In this document: positions 19,243-27,781 of the stretch, in pieces | How the letters are laid out: every line of letters starts with the position of its first letter | Position numbering within the stretch: the first letter of the stretch is position 1 | Assembly: GCA_003155695.1 (NCBI GenBank) | Contig: PMDZ01000006.1 | Location: 20,007 to 84,006 of the forward strand | Length of the DNA stretch: 64,000 nucleotides | Source: Candidatus Nomurabacteria bacterium | GTDB lineage: Bacteria; Patescibacteriota; Minisyncoccia; Phycocordibacterales; UBA9973 | Direction of reading: 5' to 3' | Position numbers and translations under genes: made by a program | Notes under the pieces: generated by a model | Told to the model about the DNA's origin: nothing | Seen by the model: only the letters and a program-made list of their open reading frames with translations | Databases searched by the model: none

Positions 19243-20541
19243 ATGTCGAAGAAAGAAATTGTGATAGTTTCTATCCTTTTAGCCATCGCCGGTGTGCGAT
19301 TTTTCTTTTTTACATCGGTTGCTCCTTCGTATGGTGAAGTCGTCGGCAAAGAAGTGACGTTTGAGGGGATGGTCAGTGACGACCCGGATGTCCGCATTAA
19401 AAATCAGCAACTCGATATAAAATTAAAAGATAAAGATATAAATATCTTGGTTATCGTCGATAGAAATGTAAAAGTTTCTTATGGGGATGAAGTCAGCGTT
19501 CACGGTGTGCTCCTTGAGCCGGAGAATTTTATCACCCAATCGGGCAAAGAATTTAATTATAAAAGATATCTGGCAAACCAAGATATTTATTTTATGATTA
19601 AAAATGCCGATATTGAAATTCTTTCGAGTGATAATGGTAGTAAAATCAAATTGTTACTCTATAAATTAAAAAATGCTTTTATAAAAAGTATCAATAAGGT
19701 TATCCCGATGCCGGAAAGCGATTTGGCAAATGGTCTGGTTCTTGGAATTCGGGGTGGTTTTGACCAAGACACCAAACAGGAATTTATTGAGACGGGGACG
19801 ATTCACATCATCGCACTATCGGGGTATAACGTTTCTATTGTCGCCAGTAACGTCATGAAATTTTTCAGTTTAATTTTCTCCCAAACTATCTCAATTATTT
19901 TTGGTATTATTGTTATCTTTCTATTTATAATTATGACTGGGGCAAGTACGACGGCGATTCGCGCCGGAATTATGGCGACGATTATGCTCCTCGGCCGGAT
20001 GACGGGCAGGAATTATATTGCCGGCCGTGCACTTGTGATAGCTGGGCTTTTGATGGTCGCTTATGACCCTCGAGTACTTACCGATATGTCTTTTCAATTA
20101 TCTTTTCTTGCTACAGGCGGAGTGCTTTATCTGACACCCAAAGTTCTGAATTGGTTTAAATTTCTGCCAATGCGTTTTGGTTTCAGGGAAATGATTGCAA
20201 CTACCGTTGCGGCGACAATTGCCGTTTTGCCGATACTTCTTTATCTGACGGGTATATTATCTCTCGTTTCTCTTCCGGCAAACGCATTGATACTTCTATT
20301 TATTCCTACCGTAATGTTTTTTATTTTTGTTACAGGAATTCTCGGTTTTATTTCACCAATACTTGCAATTCCATTCGGGTATATTTCTTACCTAATACTC
20401 CTATATGTTCTTTCCGTTATCCACTATCTCGGTTCACTTTCGTTTGCCAGCGTTTCTATATTATCTTTCCCACTACCGCTTGTAATTTTGATTTACGCCT
20501 TTTTGCTTTGGTGGGTGTTTAAAAAAAAAGACCATAGATGA
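19243..20541 (+). CDS. comEC: ComEC competence membrane channel (OB plus competence domains, no MBL domain)
   Basis: TGTIHIIALSGYN, IRAGIM, SFQLSFLAT. Confidence 0.9.
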   Translation: MSKKEIVIVSILLAIAGVRFFFFTSVAPSYGEVVGKEVTFEGMVSDDPDVRIKNQQLDIKLKDKDINILVIVDRNVKVSYGDEVSVHGVLLEPENFITQSGKEFNYKRYLANQDIYFMIKNADIEILSSDNGSKIKLLLYKLKNAFIKSINKVIPMPESDLANGLVLGIRGGFDQDTKQEFIETGTIHIIALSGYNVSIVASNVMKFFSLIFSQTISIIFGIIVIFLFIIMTGASTTAIRAGIMATIMLLGRMTGRNYIAGRALVIAGLLMVAYDPRVLTDMSFQLSFLATGGVLYLTPKVLNWFKFLPMRFGFREMIATTVAATIAVLPILLYLTGILSLVSLPANALILLFIPTVMFFIFVTGILGFISPILAIPFGYISYLILLYVLSVIHYLGSLSFASVSILSFPLPLVILIYAFLLWWVFKKKDHR

Positions 20542-20555
20542 TACGGTCGTCCATA

Positions 20556-20650
20556 AAATAGCTCCTCTCAGAGGGTACGAAAATTTTTTACTAAAAATTT
20601 TCTCAGTTTTCGCTCCGTCGAGCTCAAAAGCCCCTCTGGTAGGACTATTT
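20556..20650 (+). repeat. ~95-bp three-way-junction palindromic element, copy 1
   Basis: AAATAG...CTATTT ends with two internal hairpins; six related copies in the window. Confidence 0.9.
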
Positions 20651-20672
20651 CATTTCCTCCCTTATAAGTGAA

Positions 20673-20744
20673 GCAGGATTATTGAAATTATGAGTCGCGT
20701 CGGAGCCCTTTAGGGTAAAGCGCGAATAATTTTAATAATCCTGT
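20673..20744. repeat. Long inverted repeat with GC-rich core, downstream of sod
   Basis: CAGGATTATTGAAATTAT ... ATAATTTTAATAATCCTG arms. Confidence 0.7.
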
Positions 20745-20755
20745 GGAACGGCTAC

Positions 20756-21349
20756 TTAAATTACTTTCTTGTAATTTTCTTCCACAGTCATCCAATTTAA
20801 ATTTGCGAAAAAAGCTTCGACATATTTCTTTTTTTCGCTCGTCGGATAATCATAAACGTAGGCATGTTCCCACATATCAAGACAAAGTAGCGGTGAGAGC
20901 CCAGTCAGTTGCCCCAAGTGATGCTCGTCTACCCATGAGATAATCAGTTTGTCACTAATTTTATCGAAATAGAGAATTGTCCAGCCAATTCCGCGAGTTG
21001 CGGCGACGAATTTAAAATGACTCAAGAAATTCTCAAACGTTCCCCATTCTTTTTCTATTTTTTTATATAATTCTCCTTTCGTATTGATTTCTTTTTTCCC
21101 GCCGGATAGATGGGCAAAATAATATTCATGATTTCGCATCCCATCGAACTCGAATCCAAGACGACGTTGTAATTCTCCCAAGATGTAGGCATTTTTTTCC
21201 GGGTCACTCCTGAGCTCACTTATTTTATTAAAAATAAGATTCGTGTTTTTCACGTACCCGGCGTAAAGTTTCAAATGCTCCTCGATATTTTTTTCCGATA
21301 TTCCCGCAAGCTTGGGAATATCAAATTTTTTTGCAGTAAATGTTTCCAT
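20756..21349 (-). CDS. sod: Fe/Mn superoxide dismutase family protein
   Basis: EEH...Y..YV, NHEYYF, DMWEHAY metal ligands. Confidence 0.9.
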   Translation of the reverse strand: METFTAKKFDIPKLAGISEKNIEEHLKLYAGYVKNTNLIFNKISELRSDPEKNAYILGELQRRLGFEFDGMRNHEYYFAHLSGGKKEINTKGELYKKIEKEWGTFENFLSHFKFVAATRGIGWTILYFDKISDKLIISWVDEHHLGQLTGLSPLLCLDMWEHAYVYDYPTSEKKKYVEAFFANLNWMTVEENYKKVI

Positions 21350-21400
21350 ATTTTTAAATTTGCTTCAATTAATAATTAGTTATAATGTACGAAGTATAAC

Positions 21401-22267
21401 ATGGAAAGATTAAGAAAATATGAACAATATATACCCCTTATTTTCCTCATCATTTTCGCCATTATCATATGGTTTTTCGCTTTTCTATATAACAATCATC
21501 ATAATTATTTGGAAGTTGTCTTTTTGGATGTCGGTCAAGGAGATTCCATTTACATAGAAGCGCCGAACGGCAAACAAATGCTTGTTGATGGCGGGCCCGA
21601 CGCGAAACTTCTTTCAAGTTTGGCCAAAGTTATGCCTTTCGCCGACCGCTCTATCGATATGGTCGTGGAGACTCATCCGGATACGGACCACATCGGAGGA
21701 TTGCCACAACTGCTCGACAATTATAAGGTCACAAATATTTTGGAAAATGGAGCGACTTCAGACTCCAAAACATTTTCTGCTTTGGAAGAAAAAATTTCCG
21801 AGGACAAAATAAATAAAATTATTGCTCGTCGCGGAATGCGCATTGTTTTGGATGCGGAGAAAAATATTTATTTTGATATTTTATTCCCCGATCGCGATGT
21901 CTCAAATCTTGATTCAAACGACGGCTCGATAGTCGGGAAGCTAGTCTATGGGAATAGTTCCTTTATGTTGACAGGTGATGCAACTCTTTATACGGAAAAT
22001 CAAATTGAATGGAACGAGAACGAGGACACACTAAAATCCGATGTCCTCAAATTGGGGCATCATGGTTCGCGAACATCGTCGAGTATCTTATGGCTAGAAA
22101 AAGTTAATCCAAAAGTTGCTATCGTTTCTGCTGGAAAAGATAACAAATATGGTCATCCTCACCAGGAAACACTCGACAGGCTTTCGTCATTATATATTCC
22201 ATTTTTAAGTACGGCTGAAATAGGAAATATAATTTTCAAAAGTGATGGAACAAAACTAGTTTATTAA
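21401..22267 (+). CDS. Stand-alone ComEC-type metallo-beta-lactamase-fold nuclease
   Basis: FLDVGQGDS, THPDTDHIGG, LTGDA, GHHGS, YGHP; N-terminal TM. Confidence 0.9.
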   Translation: MERLRKYEQYIPLIFLIIFAIIIWFFAFLYNNHHNYLEVVFLDVGQGDSIYIEAPNGKQMLVDGGPDAKLLSSLAKVMPFADRSIDMVVETHPDTDHIGGLPQLLDNYKVTNILENGATSDSKTFSALEEKISEDKINKIIARRGMRIVLDAEKNIYFDILFPDRDVSNLDSNDGSIVGKLVYGNSSFMLTGDATLYTENQIEWNENEDTLKSDVLKLGHHGSRTSSSILWLEKVNPKVAIVSAGKDNKYGHPHQETLDRLSSLYIPFLSTAEIGNIIFKSDGTKLVY

Positions 22268-22387
22268 ATAAACATCTCCGCAAATCTTATCAATAAAAAA
22301 GTCCTCGGACGAGGGAGGACGAGGAGCCAGACATTTTTTCTTGAAAAGATTTGCTACGATTTAAAAATCTTCACGACTGTGAGGATT

Positions 22388-22633
22388 TTACTTTATAATT
22401 CCGGCTTTTTTCAGAACTTTATAGGCGCCTTTTTTGTTGATTGTTTTGATGGCCTTAGTTGAAATAGTGAGAGGGAAATATTTTTTGAGTTCTGGGACAT
22501 AAACCCTTTTCTTTTGCAGATTGGAATATTTACGAACATTACCGGTCGGATTGAATTTGGTAGCACGAACAACGTTGGAATATCCTCCCGCCATTATCGA
22601 ACCCTTTTTTGTTATGTCGCAAACTTTCGCCAT
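22388..22633 (-). CDS. rpmB: 50S ribosomal protein L28
   Basis: MAKVCDITKKG...NLQKKRVYVPE...ISTKAIKTI. Confidence 0.9.
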   Translation of the reverse strand: MAKVCDITKKGSIMAGGYSNVVRATKFNPTGNVRKYSNLQKKRVYVPELKKYFPLTISTKAIKTINKKGAYKVLKKAGIIK

Positions 22634-22736
22634 CCCATTAAAAAATTTAATTATAATATTTATACTTAACTCTATAATCCCGGAATTTTCTAACGGGACA
22701 AGTATGTGAAGCTATGCTATCATATAAAACACACCT

Positions 22737-23387
22737 ATGCAAGCCCAAATTATTACCGGAATTTTTTATATTATTGTTTTGATTATGTCCATCGTCATCC
22801 ACGAAGTTGCGCATGGTTATTCGGCGTATCTTCTCGGGGATAATACCGCTCGCCTAAGTGGAAGACTTACTCTGAACCCGATTAAACATCTCGACCCTTT
22901 TGGTTCGGTTATTTTGCCGCTCTTGCTCCTTTTGACCGGGTCGGGTTTTATTATCGGTTGGGCACGACCTGTTCCTTACAATCCAAATAACTTGCGAAAT
23001 GGCAGAATGGGGAACTTTATTGTCGCAATTTCGGGAATAGCCGCGAATATTATTATTGCCATTATTTTTGGTTTTCTGATAAGATTTGCCCCGATGCTTG
23101 GAATTCCAGCATACAATCCCGACCCACTATTCCTCAGTCCTTTTTATAGTATCGCATCGATTATTGTTGAAATGAATTTGGTTTTAGCATTATTTAATAT
23201 CATTCCTATTCCACCACTCGATGGCTCAAAAATTTTATTTTCTTTTCTTCCGGCGAGACTCCATTTTATTGAGGATTTTCTTGAGAGATGGGGAATATTT
23301 ATTCTCCTTTTCTTCATAATCTTTATATGGGGCAGCGTTTCTCCTCTTATTTATTATGCCTTTAAATTGCTCACTGGTTTGCCTTAA
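22737..23387 (+). CDS. Site-2 protease, M50 family
   Basis: HEVAH, NPIKHLDP, FNIIPIPPLDG. Confidence 0.92.
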   Translation: MQAQIITGIFYIIVLIMSIVIHEVAHGYSAYLLGDNTARLSGRLTLNPIKHLDPFGSVILPLLLLLTGSGFIIGWARPVPYNPNNLRNGRMGNFIVAISGIAANIIIAIIFGFLIRFAPMLGIPAYNPDPLFLSPFYSIASIIVEMNLVLALFNIIPIPPLDGSKILFSFLPARLHFIEDFLERWGIFILLFFIIFIWGSVSPLIYYAFKLLTGLP

Positions 23388-23458
23388 AATATCTTGAGTT
23401 TTTGCACTAAAAACATGCCACTTTAATTGAAATCTATAGTATAATATAGTTGTATATT

Positions 23459-26400
23459 ATGAGAAAATTAAAGTTCCTAAAACTCCATTGGGCAAAACTT
23501 CTTTCGGTATTCTTTTTAATATTACTTCTCGGAGCTTATGCCCATATTTTCGCTATTGACCGAAAATATAATCCGGGAGAAATATTGAACCCGGATTGTT
23601 TTCCGGGAGAAACAAATTGCACGGTTGATATTACAACTGGAAGTTCACAGTGGACGACAAATGGGTCTAGTATTTATTACAACACAGGGAATGTTGGAGT
23701 AGGGGTGATTGCACCGACAGCACAATTACAATTTAAAGCTGGAACTACTACTGCTGGAACTGCTCCGCTTAAATTCACTGTCGGAACAAATTTAACTAAT
23801 GCCGAAGCCGGAGCGATGGAATGGAATGGAACAAATCTTTTTATAACCCAAACATCAGGTCCAACTAGAAAAACAATTGCTTATACCACGGATATTTCAG
23901 ATAGTTCACCTATCACTATTGTTGATAGTACCAATCTTGTTTCGACCGGACTTCAGGCAGCTGGACCCGTTCCCTATGGAACACAAGATGCGATTATCAT
24001 TGGTCGCTGGGCAGGATTCAATATGATTTCCGGTTATAATTCAATTTTTTTAGGCCTTGAAGCTGGTGCTCAAGCCAATGCCGAGTCCTCTAATTTTATA
24101 GGACATGGCGCTGGTAGTGGTACTACATCTCAATATTCAAACTTTTTGGGTCATTTTGCTGGTGAAAATTCTACCTCAGCTAACTATTCAAATTTTATTG
24201 GTAGTGATGCTGGAGCGTCTACTTCCGCTACTTTTTCAAATTTCATCGGTTTTGTTGCTGGCCGCGATGCAACTTCCGCTTCCTATTCAAACTTTTTTGG
24301 GTCTAGCGCTGGTTCTTCTGCTGCTAATGCCAGCAATTCAAATTTTTTTGGTGCAGGCGCTGGAGCGAACGCCACTAATGCATCTTATTCAAATTTAATC
24401 GGTTTCAGAGCCGGACTATCTCCCATTAGTATTAATAACAGTATCGGTGCCAATAATATAATTATCGGGACAAACATTTCATTACCAACCGCAACAGCTA
24501 ATTCGATGAACTTGGGTGGTGTTTTGTTTGCCACCGGAACTTATGCAACTACAACAGGTAATCCATCAACCACAGCCGTTGCGACGGGTAAAGTTGGAGT
24601 CGGAGTTGTTTCGCCATCGGCAAGATTGCAACTTGCTGCCGGAACCGCTTCCGCCGGTACTGCTCCACTTAAATTAACTGCCGGGACAAACTTGGGAACA
24701 ACCGAAGCTGGAGCGATTGAATACGACGGTTCCCATTTATATTTTTCGGCCACAAATAATGGAGACAGATATCAACTGGACCAACAAGCAGATGGAATAG
24801 TAAGTTCCCCATGGTTAGCAAATGGTTCTGATATTTATTATGATGGTGGCAATGTCGGCATTGGAAATGATTCACCGACATCAAAACTTGACATCAAACT
24901 TGATTTGACAGTATCTTATAATCAAAGTTTTTCCGGTAGTGGATTAAATGATGCCATATATTCAGGAACATATTCTGGATCAAATCCTCCAAACGCTGTA
25001 ATTGTTCAAATAGATGGCGAAGGCACACCTGATACTTTCACATATTACGATAACCATTCAGATTGTTCTTATCCTAATGGATTTTCAATTCCAATTACCG
25101 GCTCGGCGCAATTAGTTTGCGATGGTATTTCTATTACATTTACAAATATAACTGGGCATCACAGTGGAGATACTTGGACATATGAAATTAACAGTCCGGA
25201 TTCTAATCCGATTATTAAAATAAGTGATAACACGGGCAATAATTACTTTACTGTTAATGCGGTTGCCGATAAATCAAATTTCCTAGGTACTAATGCTGGT
25301 AATGGTGCTGTCTCTGCTCATGATTCAAACTTCATCGGTACATCTGCTGGTAATGGTGCTGTCTCTGCTCATGATTCAAACTTCATCGGTACATCTGCTG
25401 GTTATGGTGCAACCTCAGCTTCCGGCTCAAACTTCTTAGGCCTAAATGCCGGTATTTATGCTACTGGTGCCCATAACTCAAACTTCTTAGGTCCTAGTGC
25501 TGGTAATGGTGCCACCTCTGCCATCTTTTCGAACTTTATAGGTACTGTTGCTGGTCTTAGTGCCACCTCCTCTTCCTATTCAAATTTTATAGGTAATGGT
25601 GCTGGATATCAAGCCACTTCTGCTTCTTACTCAAACTTCTTAGGGATAAATGCAGGTAATGGTGCTACCTCTGCTATCAACTCAAACTTCTTAGGTCCTT
25701 GGGCTGGTTCTGGTGCTATCAATGTTTCTTATTCAAATTTATTTGGCTATGAGACGGGGATGTCTTTTACTGGCAACAACATTGGCTCCAACAACATAAT
25801 CCTCGGAACAAGTATTTCTCTACCTAATGCGGCAACCAATGCTATTAATTTAGGAGGAGTCATATTTGCAACAGGGACACATTCTGACACAAATGGCATA
25901 TCTATCATTGCTGAAGCTACTGGCAAAGTTGGTATCGGAGTCGTCTCACCGTCAGCTCGCTTACAACTTGCTGCCGGAACCGCTTCCGCCGGTACTGCCC
26001 CACTTAAATTAACTGCCGGTACAAATCTTTCGACAACCGAAGCCGGAGCGATTGAATACGACGGTTCCCATTTATATTTTTCGGCCACAAATTCCGGAAG
26101 CCGTTACCAACTCGACCAGCAAGGTGGAACTCCTTCTCCTATTACTATTGTTAACACCTCAAATCTTTTTTCAACAGGAATTAGTGCTGGAACTGGGGTA
26201 ACTTCTACAACTGATTCAAACTTTTTTGGTACTGATGCAGGTGATTCTGCTACTGGTGCTTTTGGTTCAAACTTTTTTGGTCCATCTGCTGGAATTTCAG
26301 CCCCGGATGCTTTTTACTCAAACTTTTTTGGTTTACAAGCTGGGGCAGGGGCTAATGATGCCAGCAATTCAAATTTTTTAGGTCATAATGCTGGTGCTAG

Positions 26401-27781
26401 TGCCATCAATGCCGCATTATCAAACTTCTTAGGACAATCCGCAGGTTTAGGAGCTGTAGGAGCTTCTGAGTCAAACTTCATAGGTGATTCTGCCGGATAT
26501 CAAGCCACCTCTGCTCATGATTCAAACTTCTTAGGAAATGCTGCTGGTCAAGGTGCTTCCCTTGCCTCTTACTCAAATTTATTTGGTTACCAATCGGGAA
26601 GGTCTTTCCCTGTAGATACTCCCACTAACAATATCGGTTCCAACAACATAATCATCGGAACAAATATTTCTTTACCTAATGCGACTGCAAATACCATGAA
26701 CTTAGGTGGAGTTCTTTTTGCCACAGGAACATATGCAACGACGACTGGCGACCCATCTATCACCGCAGTCTCAGGTGGCAAAGTCGGTATCGGCGTCGTT
26801 TCGCCATCATATACTCTCCAAGTCGGAAACTCATCTATCTCCGGAGTAGTCGCCCGATTTGAAAATAGTGTCGGAACTTGTGACATCAATCCTACTACCT
26901 CATCGGTTGGTTGTTCTTCCGACATAAGATTAAAGAAAAATATAACTACCCTCGATAATACAGAATTTGCTCTCTCAACTGTCCCTGATATGACAGGTAA
27001 ATCAACATTGGAAAAAGTTCTGAATCTCACTCCGGTCACATACAACTGGAATAGTGAAAGTGATACCGACCAGAAACACATTGGGTTCATCGCCCAAGAA
27101 ATGGAACAAATATTCCCTGATTTGGTCAGCACCGACCCGGTAACAGGTCTTAAGTCTCTTAGTTACGCAAACATGACGCCATACCTAGCCAAAGCCATAC
27201 AGGAGATGGATTTAAAAATTACAGATATTAATAATCAGGAATTAGAAAATAGTTGGAGGGATAGCATACTTGCTTGGTTTAAAAATACCTCAAATGGAAT
27301 TACTGAATTTGTCTCAAGTATTCTTCGAGCCAAAGATAAACTTTGTATCGGAGAGGGAAGTGACGAAGTTTGTATAACAAAGGAAGACTTATTGCAAATG
27401 AAAAATAATGCCGGACTAAACGCCGGAACAGCTGCCGTGCTTCCGACTGTTGATAACTCCGGCTCATCCGGGACAGATAATTCAACTGCTGGGACATCGG
27501 ATACTTCGGGAACAGGAGCATCCAATACCGGAACAACGACCGACACCACCGGTACGACAGGGGGGAACGACGGTAACAATACCGATACAACCGGAGGAAA
27601 CACAAATAACACAACCACAGATACATCCACCACAAATACTCCCGATACTGGAACGACGAATATAAATGCTGGTAATGATACGACCGGTAATGCAAGTGGT
27701 GATACGACAAATACGGATACAACCAACACTAATAACAATAATAGTGGAACGGATAATCAAAATAATGACCTCGGTAATTAA
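23459..27781 (+). CDS. Giant secreted tail-fibre-like repeat protein with C-terminal peptidase S74 (intramolecular chaperone) domain
   Basis: Signal peptide; ~27 SNF(L/I/F)G..AG repeats; GNVGIG motifs; SSDIRLKKNI...GFIAQE; T/N/G-rich tail. Confidence 0.85.
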   Translation: MRKLKFLKLHWAKLLSVFFLILLLGAYAHIFAIDRKYNPGEILNPDCFPGETNCTVDITTGSSQWTTNGSSIYYNTGNVGVGVIAPTAQLQFKAGTTTAGTAPLKFTVGTNLTNAEAGAMEWNGTNLFITQTSGPTRKTIAYTTDISDSSPITIVDSTNLVSTGLQAAGPVPYGTQDAIIIGRWAGFNMISGYNSIFLGLEAGAQANAESSNFIGHGAGSGTTSQYSNFLGHFAGENSTSANYSNFIGSDAGASTSATFSNFIGFVAGRDATSASYSNFFGSSAGSSAANASNSNFFGAGAGANATNASYSNLIGFRAGLSPISINNSIGANNIIIGTNISLPTATANSMNLGGVLFATGTYATTTGNPSTTAVATGKVGVGVVSPSARLQLAAGTASAGTAPLKLTAGTNLGTTEAGAIEYDGSHLYFSATNNGDRYQLDQQADGIVSSPWLANGSDIYYDGGNVGIGNDSPTSKLDIKLDLTVSYNQSFSGSGLNDAIYSGTYSGSNPPNAVIVQIDGEGTPDTFTYYDNHSDCSYPNGFSIPITGSAQLVCDGISITFTNITGHHSGDTWTYEINSPDSNPIIKISDNTGNNYFTVNAVADKSNFLGTNAGNGAVSAHDSNFIGTSAGNGAVSAHDSNFIGTSAGYGATSASGSNFLGLNAGIYATGAHNSNFLGPSAGNGATSAIFSNFIGTVAGLSATSSSYSNFIGNGAGYQATSASYSNFLGINAGNGATSAINSNFLGPWAGSGAINVSYSNLFGYETGMSFTGNNIGSNNIILGTSISLPNAATNAINLGGVIFATGTHSDTNGISIIAEATGKVGIGVVSPSARLQLAAGTASAGTAPLKLTAGTNLSTTEAGAIEYDGSHLYFSATNSGSRYQLDQQGGTPSPITIVNTSNLFSTGISAGTGVTSTTDSNFFGTDAGDSATGAFGSNFFGPSAGISAPDAFYSNFFGLQAGAGANDASNSNFLGHNAGASAINAALSNFLGQSAGLGAVGASESNFIGDSAGYQATSAHDSNFLGNAAGQGASLASYSNLFGYQSGRSFPVDTPTNNIGSNNIIIGTNISLPNATANTMNLGGVLFATGTYATTTGDPSITAVSGGKVGIGVVSPSYTLQVGNSSISGVVARFENSVGTCDINPTTSSVGCSSDIRLKKNITTLDNTEFALSTVPDMTGKSTLEKVLNLTPVTYNWNSESDTDQKHIGFIAQEMEQIFPDLVSTDPVTGLKSLSYANMTPYLAKAIQEMDLKITDINNQELENSWRDSILAWFKNTSNGITEFVSSILRAKDKLCIGEGSDEVCITKEDLLQMKNNAGLNAGTAAVLPTVDNSGSSGTDNSTAGTSDTSGTGASNTGTTTDTTGTTGGNDGNNTDTTGGNTNNTTTDTSTTNTPDTGTTNINAGNDTTGNASGDTTNTDTTNTNNNNSGTDNQNNDLGN
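25294..25402 (+). repeat. Exact 51-bp tandem duplication inside the S74 protein gene
   Basis: TGCTGGTAATGGTGCTGTCTCTGCTCATGATTCAAACTTCATCGGTACATC twice. Confidence 0.9.

Noticed and set aside
23459-27781. Prophage suggested by the tail-fibre/S74 protein
   Set aside because: No integrase, capsid, terminase or other phage genes; the protein has a signal peptide and sits among housekeeping genes.
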